In this document: positions 10,358 to 21,029 of the stretch, piece after piece
Position numbering within the stretch: the first letter of the stretch is position 1
Layout: each line of letters starts with the position of its first letter
Source of the DNA: an uncultured Gemmataceae bacterium
GTDB taxonomy: Bacteria > Planctomycetota > Planctomycetia > Gemmatales > Gemmataceae
Length of the DNA: 64,000 nt
Assembly: GCA_963750165.1 (NCBI GenBank)
Contig: CAVVPN010000003.1
Span: forward strand, 1,152,001-1,216,000
Direction: 5' to 3'
Translations under genes and position numbers: made by a program
The notes under the pieces: model-generated
The model's database searches: none
Told to the model about the DNA's origin: nothing
What the model saw: the letters and a program-made list of their open reading frames with translations, nothing else

Positions 10358-11936
10358 TCAGCGGTTGCCCATGACGAAGCCGCGCAGCTCGACGAACATC
10401 CGCTCGCAGTAGCGGCGCCAGCCGTGGTTCAGCGCCTGGGCGGGGCCGTCCGTCGGCAGGAAGCGCGCTGTCAGCACAAGCAGCTTCTTGAACTCCGTCA
10501 CCTTGAAATCCAGGTGCAGTTCGAGCACCGCCAGCAGGCGCGGTTGCGGCGGCGCTTCCGACACCAGGCCGAGCCACGACAGCACCCCCGGCGCCGTCGG
10601 GCTGACGGGCGTGTGCGGATCGAACAGGTGCATGCGCACCAGTCCCGGCACACTGGTCACGATGTCGCCGTGGTTGGCGTCCACGAACCCCTGCAACTTC
10701 ATGACGGCGATGCGCTCGGGCATCCATGCCTCCAGGCGGTAGACGACCCCATGCTCGTCCTGCGGCAACGGTGGCGGCAGTGGTGGCGGCAGTCGCGGGG
10801 GCAGCGGCGGCGGCTCGGGCACCGGCACCGGTCGCAGCAGGGTTGCCGGCACCGCTGGTGGCGCTGGTGTGGGCGTCGCGGGGCTGGACGCCGACGGCTG
10901 CGGGTCGGGTTCGCTGTCGATCTCCAGGTGGAGCGGGGCGTGGTTGGTCGCGGGTTTCGGGCGGCTGCCGCGCAGCAGCGCTTCCACGCGGCCCTCCTGC
11001 GCCGGGGTCAGAGGCAGCACGCCCGCCTCGCCGCGGACCAGTTCCTCCAGCGGCGGCACCTCGGTGGGTGACCCCACCGTGGCCAGCAGCAGGTGGCCGG
11101 CCAGCGCCCGTGTCGGCGCGTCCGGCGACAACCATAACTCCCGGAACAGCGCGGAGGTGCCGGGCTGGGTGAAGTCCGACGCACGGAACAACAGGTTCGC
11201 GCCGGCGGCGAAACGGGCCCACACGTCAGCGCCGCCAACGGCCAGGGCATGCAGGGCGGTGAAGACCACCAGCAGTGGAAAGCGGTCCACCTCGGCGTCG
11301 TAAGTCTGGTAGCGAAGCCGCTGCGGGTGCTGGAAGTCGGGGTCGCCGAACTCCGGCGGCGTCTGACCGTCCAGTGCGGGGACGTACAGGCCGTCGTAGT
11401 CGATCAGCCGCAGCACGGGACTGTCGTCCACAGGATCGGCCGCCACCAGTACGTGCTCGGCCTGCAATGCCCCGTGAGCGACGCCCAGCTGCCGCAGCGC
11501 GGCCGCCAGCTGTTGCCAGTGGGAAGTCAGTTGGCGCAGCCGCGGCGGCTCGGCCAGGTATTTTCGGACGTAAACGTGCAACGGCACGCCATCTGCCCAG
11601 CGCATCTTCACCACCGGAACTGACCGGCCGCGAACGACCAGACCGTGCAGCAGATACTGCGCCTCCATCAGCCAGGGTGCATCCACGCCAAGAAAATGTC
11701 CCCGGATTGCCTCGTAATGCGCTTTCAGAGTGGGCTGCGGCGCGCGGTAGCACTTGACGGCCCAGTCTGTCGTGGGGTGTGCGCAGCCGAAAAACGTCGG
11801 CGCTGGCGCCCGCGAAGACGCGGGCTTGACCCTGCCCGTCGGTCAGCGGCTGGGCGCGGCGCAAGTCCGCGTCCTGAAAGGCTTTCAAGGGATGTTCGAG
11901 CGCCTGGATGAAGTCAGCGGGTGCCGGCCAGTTCAT
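10358..11936 (-). CDS. Ser/Thr kinase-like protein (probable pseudokinase); frameshift near 11765
   Basis: MNWPAPADF...GASADVF, WAVKCY, HGALQAEHVL and LIDYDG motifs; Pro-rich linker; C-terminal LEAWMPERIA domain. Confidence 0.7.
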
Positions 11937-12285
11937 GGGGAGACTCCGCGCCAGGGAATGGGGCCGGCGCCCGTCGTGACGTCGGCGGATGTACAATCCT
12001 AGCACACGGCAAGGGCTGTGCGGTGTGCCGACTGCGCCCGGCACGCCGGGCCGAAAGTCGGCGACGTGGGCGGAAAACCCTGTAACCCCACCGCGCAGTT
12101 TTCGACCTATACTAAGTTGAAAGCGCAACGGAATACGCAAACAGCAGACCAAGGAACACACTCGCACTCCATCGACGACAGCGGCGATGAAAAAAATAAG
12201 GTATAAAACCTTACGGGCAACGTGATGCCCGTAAGTGTGCAGGCTCGTTCCGTTCGATGGGCGGGGCGTTTTACGGGGTCCAACA

Positions 12286-13326
12286 GTGACCAGATACCAG
12301 TGCTCCCTGTTGGTGGTGGATGATGAGCCCTACATCCTCTCCGCCCTGGCGGCGCTCCTCGGTACGGAGTTCGAGGTGTTAACCACGGATTCGGTCGAGC
12401 GAGCCAAGGAACTGTTCAGCCAGCGCGAGATCGATCTGATCCTCTCCGACCAGCGAATGCCCCACGGCAGCGGCGTGCAGTTGCTGGAGTGGGTCCGCCA
12501 ACATTCGCCGCGCACCATCCGCCTGCTCATGACCGGCTTTGCCGAGCTGGAAGAGGCGGTGGACGCCATCAACCGCGGCCGCGTCTTCCGCTACATCTTC
12601 AAGCCCTGGCGGGCCGAAGAGCTGCTCGACGTGCTCCGCTCCGCCGCCCGCACCTTCATGCTGGAGCGCAGCCACGAACAATTGCTTGAGGAACTGCGTC
12701 GGCTCAACCTTGAGCTGGAGCAGCGTGTGCAGCAGCGGACGCGCGAACTGGAGGAGGCCAACAACGAACTCGAGCAGAAGAACAAGATGCTCGAAAAGCT
12801 GGCGCTGACCGACCCGCTGACGGGGCTGCCCAACCGGCGAGCCATGGATCGGCTCACCGAGCGCGAGCTGCGCCGCCGCGACCGCTACCCCGGCCCGCTG
12901 GCGGTCGGGCTGGCCGACGTCGATCATTTCAAGCAGATCAACGGCCAGTACCTGCTGCCTGGCGGCGACAAGGTGCTCATCGACCTGGCCAAGATTCTGC
13001 AAGGGTCGCTGCGCACCGTGGACTTCCTGGGCCGCATCGGTGGCGAGGAATTCCTGCTGATCGCGCCGGAGACGAGCATGGAAGGCGTCCAGGTGCTGGG
13101 CGAGCGCATCCGCTCCACGGTGGAGCGGACGGTGATCCTGTACCGCGAGGACGAGATCCGCATCACCGTGAGCATCGGTTTCGCCGTCGCGGACACGGGC
13201 GTTCAGGCCGACTCCGAGCAGATGAAGCATGTCGCCGCGGAGGCGCTGGCCAAGGCCAAGATGACCGGCCGCAACCGCTGCATCTATCACGCCGTCCAAC
13301 CCCGCCCTTTTGAACAGGCCGGCTGA
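12286..13326 (+). CDS. Response regulator-diguanylate cyclase (REC-coiled coil-GGDEF)
   Basis: VVDDE, SDQRMP and KPW receiver motifs; RTVD I-site and GGEEF. Confidence 0.92.
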   Translation: MTRYQCSLLVVDDEPYILSALAALLGTEFEVLTTDSVERAKELFSQREIDLILSDQRMPHGSGVQLLEWVRQHSPRTIRLLMTGFAELEEAVDAINRGRVFRYIFKPWRAEELLDVLRSAARTFMLERSHEQLLEELRRLNLELEQRVQQRTRELEEANNELEQKNKMLEKLALTDPLTGLPNRRAMDRLTERELRRRDRYPGPLAVGLADVDHFKQINGQYLLPGGDKVLIDLAKILQGSLRTVDFLGRIGGEEFLLIAPETSMEGVQVLGERIRSTVERTVILYREDEIRITVSIGFAVADTGVQADSEQMKHVAAEALAKAKMTGRNRCIYHAVQPRPFEQAG

Positions 13327-13410
13327 CTCCCCAAACGCCGCCTCCGGCGTCCTGTCAAACCGGTATGCTCGACGTGGTCCGACGAACACGAAGCCGACTT
13401 GCGCGTCGGG

Positions 13411-14292
13411 TTAGTGCCCGTGTGGAACCTGCGGCACCCCGACAATGACGTGGCGGACGACCAGGCTTCCCAGCAACAGCGACACCACCGCCGCCAGCAG
13501 GAACGCGCCGCCAATCAGCACCAGGCACAGCGGCAGCACCACCGCCGTGCCGAGGCAAAAAACGCCGAGCCCGCGCAGCCGGCCGGGTGAATGACGCTGT
13601 GCCAGGACGGGGCGGAGTTCCTCGGTCAGCAAGGCCAGCGGCACCGCGTTGAGCACGAGTAGCGCCGCCAATGCGGGGCGCAGCACGGCCGTCGCACCGT
13701 CCTGGCCCATCAAGACACACAGGCCGAGCAACACAGCACTCCCGAGCAGGGACGCCGCACTGGTGAGGTAGCCGCCGAGCCAGCGCGCGTTGCGCCAGCC
13801 AGGTTGGGCGTTGGTGCTCAGCAGGACGCCCTTGTAGGCCGCGGACAGGAAGGCGGGCAGCAGTCCCAGGACGATGGCCGCCTTGCGCACCCAAATCACA
13901 ATGGCCCAGTCTTGCGACAGCAGCTCGGCCGCCACCAGGATTGTCAGCGGTAGCGAAAACGCCGTGAGCGCCCAGGTGCCCAGCGACATCGGCGAGGAGG
14001 GTTTGAACACCCGCAGCATGTGGTGGAAGCGCCACGGGTCGCCGAGGTCCAGCACCAGGCACAGCAGGTCGAGCGCCAGCAGGCCGAGCGCGAGTGGGTA
14101 CGCCAGGCGCGCCGGCGCCGTGAACAGCCGCGGCGCCGCCAGTTCACCGACGGCCGCGACCAGGAACAGCCCGGTCGCCAGGTTGTTCAGCAGCAGGTCC
14201 CAGGCGACCAGCCCGTGCCAGCGCGGCGGCTTGGTCACCGGCCGCGCCGCATAGCCCGTACCGTCTGCGACCACTCGGGATTCGGTAGCCAT
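13411..14292 (-). CDS. NrfD/PsrC-family membrane anchor of formate dehydrogenase
   Basis: DLGDPWRFHHMLRVFKPSSPMSLG-W motif; TM helices; directly follows the FDH beta gene. Confidence 0.85.
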   Translation of the reverse strand: MATESRVVADGTGYAARPVTKPPRWHGLVAWDLLLNNLATGLFLVAAVGELAAPRLFTAPARLAYPLALGLLALDLLCLVLDLGDPWRFHHMLRVFKPSSPMSLGTWALTAFSLPLTILVAAELLSQDWAIVIWVRKAAIVLGLLPAFLSAAYKGVLLSTNAQPGWRNARWLGGYLTSAASLLGSAVLLGLCVLMGQDGATAVLRPALAALLVLNAVPLALLTEELRPVLAQRHSPGRLRGLGVFCLGTAVVLPLCLVLIGGAFLLAAVVSLLLGSLVVRHVIVGVPQVPHGH

Positions 14293-14293
14293 C

Positions 14294-15237
14294 TCACTGC
14301 CCCAGCACGAGGAACAGGACGAGCAGCACGGCGAGCGCGGCCAACCCGGCGGCGCCGGCGCGGGCGTAATCCCCCGCCATGTGCAGCCACGGATTGAACG
14401 GCCGCTCCGGCAGGCCGTACACCGCCGGGCGGTCCACCAGCAGGTAGAACGAATGCAGCGCGGAATACGTCGCGGTGGCGGCGTCGCCATACAGGTACGC
14501 ACCCGGTACGCCACGGCGGTGCAGCTCCTCGACGCGCTTGCGGGCCCGTTCGCGCAGCTCCTCAACGGGGCCGAACTGGATCGACGCGGTGGGACACGCC
14601 TTGGCGCAGGCCGGTTCCAGGCCGTCCTTCTGGCGGTCGTAACAGAGGGTGCATTTGTGGGCGTGGCCGTCGAAGTCGGCGCGGGTGATGACGCCGAACG
14701 GACAGGAGGCGATGCAGTACGAGCAGCCGTTGCAGATGTCGGGCTGGATATAAACGTCTGCGAATTCGTTGTGGAGGAGCGATCCGGTCGGACACGCCTG
14801 CTGACAGGGGGCCGTCTCGCAGTGCTTGCACACGTCGCTCATCATCAGCCAGCGGCCGGCTGGCGGCGCGGCGGTGCCGGCCCGGACACCAGCGGCAACG
14901 ACAGCCGTCCCGCGGCCGGCACCCCGTCCTGTGGGAACTGCTCGACGAACTTCACGTGCCGCCAGGACGTGGCCGAGAGTTCGCCGGTGTTGTCGTAACT
15001 GTGGCCGGACCACTCGAACCCGTCGGCGGGCAGCTGGTTCCACTGCTTGCACGCCACCTCGCACGCCTTGCAGCCGATGCAGACGGTGGTGTCCGTGTAA
15101 AAGCCGGTGGCCGGCTGCGGCGCAGGCGGCGTGCCGCGGCGAAACGGGCCGAGCAGCCACGCCCACAGCGCCGCCAACTGGCCGCGCGGCGGGTCGGCGG
15201 TCTGCGGCAGTTGCGCCAGCTCCAGTTCCCTAACCAT
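14294..15237 (-). CDS. Formate dehydrogenase iron-sulfur (beta) subunit; frameshift near 14880
   Basis: CIGCKACEVACKQWN, CKHC..APC...CP, CNGCSYCIASCPF and KCTLCYDR...PACAKACPT ferredoxin motifs. Confidence 0.9.
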
Positions 15238-18200
15238 CTTCAAACCTCCCTTCCGGCTGGGCCGCGGCCGGCGTGGCCGGGATCGGATCGCGCGTCGGCC
15301 AGGGGGCGGCGGCCACCGTCGGTTGCGCGGCGCTGCCATCCAGCTGGCCGGCCTCAATCTGGCAGGCGAACGCCTTGGCCTCGTGGATGCTGACATTCGG
15401 CTCGGTCACCAGCGAGGTCAGGTCGTTGACGGTGGCACCGACGCACTCGCCGGCGAAGCTCCAGTGGATCGGCATGCCGACCTGGTGGACGAGCCGGCCA
15501 TCGATGAGCAACGGCCGCAGCCGCGGCGTCACCAGGGCGCGCACTGCGATGGCGCCCGCGGCGTCCGCACCGTCGCCCAGCCGCCGTTGACGATGCCGCG
15601 CTCCGCCGCCAGCTCCGGGCTCAACTCGACGAACATCGCCGGCTGCAGTTCGTTGAGCCAGCTGTTGAATCGGCTCATCGGCCCGCTCAGGTAATGTTCG
15701 GTCAGGCGGAACGTGGTGGCGACGACCGGGTACGCCGCCGTCGGCGCGTGCGCCACCGGGTTCAACGGCCCCTCCGAGGTGCGCGCCGCTGGGTTGCAGG
15801 TCTGGCGCGGATAGAGCAGGTTGCCCACCGGCGACTCAATCGGCTCGTAGTGCGTCGGCAACGGGCCGTCCTTGAGCGTGCCGGGTGCGTACAGCCAGCC
15901 GAGGCCGTCGGGCTTCATGATGAACGGAGCGGTGCCGGCCAGCGCGGCCATGCCCACGGCTTCCGGCGGCGGCCGGTAGTCCGGCGGCTTGTGCGGGTCG
16001 AAGTCCGGCTGATCGGCACCCACCCAGCGCTGCCCGTCCGCGTCCCACCACATGAGTTTCTTGCGCTCCGACCAGGGCCGGCCGTCCGGGTCGGCGGAGG
16101 CGCGGTTGTACATGACGCGGCAGTTCTGCGGCCAGGCGAAAGCCCATTCCGGCTGCAGCGGGTTGTCGCCGAGCTTGCGTTCGCGGGCGCGGTTGCGGTC
16201 CGGCTCGGGGTAGACGCCGCTGTAGATCCAGCAGCCGCACGCCGTCGTGCCATCGTCCTTCAGATCCGCGAAGCCCGCCACCAGACGCTGCCGATTCTGG
16301 CTCCCCTCGCCCCCTGCAGGGGGCGAGGGGTTGGGGGTGAGGGGATCGGTGTCGGTCAGGTGGTGGCCGTTGATCTCCTGGAGCACCCTGGCCACGTCCG
16401 GTTCGCCGTCGATGCGGCTCGGCGTACCGTCGGGCAGGCGCGGCGGCTGGTCGAAGTCGTAGTCCCAGGTCAGCGCCAGCAGCGGTTGGTCCTTCGAGTC
16501 AGTCGAGCCAGCGTAAAGCTGCTTCAGCCGCTTGCCCAGCTGGTAGACGTACCAGGCGTCGGAGCGGCAGTCGCCTGGCGGGTCGAGCGCCTTGTCGTGC
16601 CATTGCAACAGCCGCTGCGTGTTCGTCAGCGAGCCATCCTTCTCCGGGCCGGACGCGACCGGCAGCAGAAAAACCTCCGTCTTGACTTCGTTCGGCGCCG
16701 GGCCGCTCGGGTCGTTCTTCCAGAAAACGGCGCTCTCCGTCTCGAACCAGTCGAGGACGACGAGCCAGTCAAGGTTGCGCAGGCCGGCGCGGTGCAGCCG
16801 GGCGTTCGGTCCACCGCCGCCGGGGTTCTGGCCGAACAGCAGATACCCCTTCAACTCACCGCGGGACATGCGGTCGAACGTCATCAGCTGCGAATGGTTG
16901 CCGTCGAGACGCGGCAGCCAGTCGAAGCGATAATCGTTGGCGGCCGTGGCGGCGGCACCGTACCAGGCCTTGAGCAGACTGACCGTGAACTTGCGGAAGT
17001 TGGCCCAGTAGCCGGTCGGCTGCCCCTCGTGCTTGACGTAGGTGTCCAGGTCGCGGTGACGGTCGTCGGCGGTCGGTTGCGGCAAGTAGCCGGGCAGCAG
17101 GTCGTACAGCGTCGGCACGTCCGTGCTGCCCTGAATGCAGGAGTGGCCGCGCATCGCCATGATGCCGCCGCCCGGCCGGCCGACGTTGCCGAGCAACAGT
17201 TGCAGGATGCCGGCGGTGCGGATGATCTGCACGCCGGTGGTGTGCTGCGTCCAGCCGACGGCGTAGACGATGGCGCTGGTCCGCTCGCGCCGGAGTTGGC
17301 GCACAGCAGCTCGGCGACACGCACCACCTCCTCCGGCTTGCAGCCACACACCGACGCCACCGTCTCCGGCGTGTAGCGGGCGAAGTGCCGCCGCAGAATC
17401 TGCATGCCGCAGCGCGGGTGCTGCAGGGTCGGGTCTTGAAGCTGACCAGGTGACAGCGGGTTTTCGTCGTTCACCGTTTCCGAGTAACCCCAGTGACCGT
17501 CCGTGGCGTTGTAAGCGCGCCGGCTCGCGTCGAAGCCGCTGAACAGGCCGTCAAGATCCTCCGTGTCCTGGAAGCCCTCGTCGATGATGGTGGCGGCGTT
17601 GGTGTAGGCCAGAACGTAGTCCGTAAACCAGCGCTCGTTGCTCAGCACGTAATGGACGAGGCCGCCGAGGAAGGCGATGTCGCTGCCGGCGCGGATGCCG
17701 ACGTACACGTCGCACAGGGCCGAGGTGCGCGTGAAGCGCGGATCGACGTGCATCAACGTGGCGCCCTTCTCCTTTGCCTTCATCGGCCAGCGGAAGCCGA
17801 CCGGGTGGGCCTCCGCCATGTTCGAGCCCATGATGAGGATGCAGTCGCTGTTGGCCAGATCTTGCTGATACGTGGTGGCCGCGCCGCGGCCGAGCGAGGC
17901 GCCCAGACCGGGCACCGAAGCGCTGTGTCATATCCGCGCCTGATTTTCGATGGGCAGCACTCCCAGGCCGCCGCCGAACAACTTTTTGATGAGGTAGTTT
18001 TCCTCCACGTCCAGCGTCGCGCCGCCCAGGGTGCCGAGGGTGCGCACTGCGTTGAGCCGGCGGCCCTGCTCGTCGGTTGCGGCGAAGTCGGCGTCGCGGA
18101 CCTCCTTGATGCGCCGGGCAATCTGGTCCAGCGCCCAGTCCAGGGTGCGCGTTTCCCACTGGTCCGAGAACGGGGCGCGGTAGCGGACGTGCGTCAGGCG

Positions 18201-18461
18201 GTGCGGGTTGACGGCCAGCTGGAAGGCGTCGGCACCCTTGGGGCAAAGGGTGCCCTCGTTGATGGGGCTGCGGGGGTTGCCCTCGATGTTGATGACCTGG
18301 CCGCCCTTGGTGTAGATCAGCTGGCCGCAGCCGACGGCGCAGTACGGGCAAACGCTCTCGGTGACGGTCGCGCCGCGCAGCCGGGAGGATTTTGCCACGG
18401 ACTGCGGGCTGAACGGCTGGTCGGCTGGTTGCGGGCGCGTCGTCAAGGGAACGCGGAACAT
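15230..18461 (-). CDS. Selenocysteine-containing formate dehydrogenase alpha subunit (FdnG/FdoG-like); Sec TGA at 17930-17928; frameshifts near 17290 and 15556
   Basis: CPYCAVGCG, LCPKG, NQARI-U-HS, GWTQH, RGHSCIQGSTD, PTHYEP and TFRLTEHY motifs across four ORF pieces. Confidence 0.9.
16303..16344. repeat. Intragenic REP-like palindrome (28-bp perfect) inside FDH alpha
   Basis: cccctcgccccctgcagggggcgagggg plus ttgggggtgagggg tail; encodes PLTPNPSPPAGGEG. Confidence 0.8.
17898..17930 (-). promoter_or_regulatory. Bacterial SECIS element with Sec codon
   Basis: UGA, 11 nt, then GGUGCCC-GGUCU-GGGCGCC hairpin; same spacing and GGUC loop as E. coli fdhF SECIS. Confidence 0.85.
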
Positions 18462-18617
18462 GGCAGTGCCCTCGGTGCGGAGACAGGCTGTGGCCGTTCT
18501 TGTTGTGATATGAAAATGCCTGTCATCCAGTTCGCGCTCTGCGCAAACCACCTCGCCGGGAAGCCGCGACGGCGGGTAGAATACCCCCAGGCTTCCCCAG
18601 TGTCCGGAGACAGCACC

Positions 18618-19358
18618 ATGCCGCTGCTCGATCATTTCCACCCGCCGCTGAGTGAGACGCGCAAGTGGGAGGGATTTCACAGTCAGTGGACCAGTTCGCT
18701 CGCCGCGCAGCTCAACGCCGGGTTACTCCCGGCCCATCACTTCGCAGAGCCGCAGGTGTCGCACGGCCGGATCGAAGTGGATGTCGCCACGGATCGGCTC
18801 CCCGGCAATGGAGCCGTGTCCGGTTCGGCCTCTCCCGCCGCGGGTGGCGTGGCGACGTTGGCCGCGCCGGCCTGGTCGCCGTCCACCCCGACGCTGGAGA
18901 TGGACGCCGTCTTCGCCCCCGAGTTCACGGTACTCGTCATCAACGTCGAAGCGGGTCCAACGCTCGTGGCGGCCATCGAGCTGGTCAGCCCCAGCAACAA
19001 AGCCCGCCCCGCCGCACGCCGGGCCTTCGCCATGAAGTGCCTGAACTACCTCAACGCCGGCATCGGCCTGATCATCCTCGATGTCGTGACGGAACGCCGG
19101 TCCAACCTGCACGACCAGATGGCGCGCCTGATCGTCGGCACGGCCCCGCGCTTCCCCGGTACCCCCTCGACCTACGCGGCCGCTTACCGACCGTTCCGGC
19201 GCGGCGCGGAGGCGAAGGTGAGCGTCTGGCCGGTCCCCCTGACCGTGGGCCAGCCATTGCCGGTGCTGCCGCTGTGGCTGCGCGGGGTCGAGGAGCCCGT
19301 GCCCGTGGATGTCGAAGCCGCTTACACCGAGGCACGGCAACGCAGCGCCCTCCGCTGA
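18618..19358 (+). CDS. DUF4058-family protein
   Basis: MPLLDHFHPPL...WEGFH and AAIELVSPSNK motifs. Confidence 0.8.
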   Translation: MPLLDHFHPPLSETRKWEGFHSQWTSSLAAQLNAGLLPAHHFAEPQVSHGRIEVDVATDRLPGNGAVSGSASPAAGGVATLAAPAWSPSTPTLEMDAVFAPEFTVLVINVEAGPTLVAAIELVSPSNKARPAARRAFAMKCLNYLNAGIGLIILDVVTERRSNLHDQMARLIVGTAPRFPGTPSTYAAAYRPFRRGAEAKVSVWPVPLTVGQPLPVLPLWLRGVEEPVPVDVEAAYTEARQRSALR

Positions 19359-19460
19359 CGGCAACGTATCCGCAACAACGGCTCAGCCAGTTCCAAAAAG
19401 GGTTGAGCTCCCCGCGCGACTTCAGACGGCTTCCGAAGTCTCACGACTTCGGCTGCCAGG

Positions 19461-19476
19461 CGGCATGAGACTTGCA
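19461..19476 (+). promoter_or_regulatory. Putative sigma-54 (-24/-12) promoter
   Basis: cGGcatgagacttGCa: exact GG-N10-GC with TTGC, about 170 nt upstream of the SRPBCC gene. Confidence 0.55.
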
Positions 19477-19643
19477 CCAATGTTCTTGAATCCCGCGACC
19501 TTTGCGAGATGCGGCGGTGGAGGTGCGCATGCAGGAGTACGAACAACGGGGGGCTGCCGCGCAGCATCGGCGAACGCCGCGCCAGCCCGAGTAGCCGGGA
19601 CGGGCACGGTGGGTTCCCGGTGTGCTACGCAAAGGAGACTACC

Positions 19644-20402
19644 ATGATCGCAGAAGCCATTTCGAGCCGGGGTGGTTCGACTCCACAGGAGCAGAACCTG
19701 TCACGGCACCGCAACGTCGGCGAGGCGGAGCGCTGGCTGTCGCTGGTCGGCGGCGGGGCGCTGGCGGTGGTCGGGCTGGCGCGGGGCTCGCTGAGCGGGC
19801 TGGCCCTGGCGCTGGTCGGCGGGGGCCTGATGTACCGTGGCTTCACCGGCCACTGCTCGGTGTATCACGCCCTGGGCGTCAGCACCGCCCAGGAGCCGCA
19901 TGGGCCACAGGCCAGCGTCGCGGCCGGCGCCGGCGTCAAGGTGGATGAGACCATCACCGTCAACCGGCCACGCGAGGAACTGTACCGCTTCTGGCGCAAC
20001 TTCCAGAACCTGCCGCGCGTCATGACTCACCTGGAGGCCGTCATGGTCACCGGGTCGCAGCGGTCGCGCTGGTTGGCGCGGGCGCCGCTGGGCGTCCATG
20101 TGCAGTGGGAGGCGGAGGTCATCAACGACCGGCCGAACGAGCTGATCGCCTGGCGGTCGCTGCCGGGCAGCGACGTGGACACGGCCGGGTCGGTCCACTT
20201 CACGCAGACCGGCAGCCACCGCACGGAAGTGCGCGTGGTCCTGAAATACGATCCGCCGACGGGCCAGTTGGGCGCGGCCCTGGCGCGCTGGCTCGGCGCG
20301 GCGCCGGAACAGCAGATCCGCGAAGACCTGCGGCACTTCCAGCGGGCGATGGAGGCCGGTGAACTATCGGAAACCCAGGGCCAGCCGGCCGGCCGGTTTT
20401 GA
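19644..20402 (+). CDS. DUF2892 + SRPBCC (polyketide cyclase/dehydrase-like) protein
   Basis: NVGEAERWLS, TGHCSVY, FWRNFQNLPR and IAWRSL motifs; AAAGGAG RBS. Confidence 0.85.
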   Translation: MIAEAISSRGGSTPQEQNLSRHRNVGEAERWLSLVGGGALAVVGLARGSLSGLALALVGGGLMYRGFTGHCSVYHALGVSTAQEPHGPQASVAAGAGVKVDETITVNRPREELYRFWRNFQNLPRVMTHLEAVMVTGSQRSRWLARAPLGVHVQWEAEVINDRPNELIAWRSLPGSDVDTAGSVHFTQTGSHRTEVRVVLKYDPPTGQLGAALARWLGAAPEQQIREDLRHFQRAMEAGELSETQGQPAGRF

Positions 20403-20481
20403 GCATTTGCACGACTGCCGCCAGCGGCGGAGTGCGCTGCGCGCTACGCCGCTGGCGGCGGAGAAAGAAAGGGGCGAGTTC

Positions 20482-21015
20482 ATGGCGACGATGACCCATA
20501 AAGTGGTGGTGGGCGTGTTCGACAACCGCACGGCGGCGCAGCAGGCGCTGTCGGAGCTGCAGCGGGCCGGCTTCCGTGACGACCAGCTCGGCCTGGTGGC
20601 GCCGGACGTGGACCTGATGGCGAGCCGCAGCGGCGCCACCGACGAGCAGACCGAGGCGGGCGCGGCACACGGCGCGGCCATCGGCGCGGCGGCTGGGGCG
20701 CTGGCGGGCGCGGGCGTCTGGGGACTCACGCTGGCCACCGGACTCGTGCTACCGATCGTCGGCCCGGTGATCGCGGGCGGCGTCATCGCGGTACTGCTGG
20801 GCAGCGTCGCCGGCGGCGCCGCGACCGGCGGCCTGGTCGGCTTCCTGATGGGGCTGGACTTCACCGAGGACGAGGCCCGCCACTACGAGGGCAAGGTGCA
20901 GGGCGGCCACATCCTCATCACGGTGCATGCGGAGGACCGGCTGGCCGAGGCGGCCGAGATCCTGAACCGCCACGGGGCGACGACCGAGCCGCTGCTGGCG
21001 GCCACGCCGCGGTGA
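20482..21015 (+). CDS. General stress protein (YflT-like)
   Basis: VVGVFD...AQQALSELQRAGF, glycine-zipper helices, EARHYE...GGHIL. Confidence 0.75.
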   Translation: MATMTHKVVVGVFDNRTAAQQALSELQRAGFRDDQLGLVAPDVDLMASRSGATDEQTEAGAAHGAAIGAAAGALAGAGVWGLTLATGLVLPIVGPVIAGGVIAVLLGSVAGGAATGGLVGFLMGLDFTEDEARHYEGKVQGGHILITVHAEDRLAEAAEILNRHGATTEPLLAATPR

Positions 21016-21029
21016 CGAAGCGGCATGGC

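Noticed and set aside
17928..17930. TGA as a true stop splitting FDH alpha
   Set aside because: It occupies the catalytic Cys/Sec position and is followed by a SECIS-like hairpin
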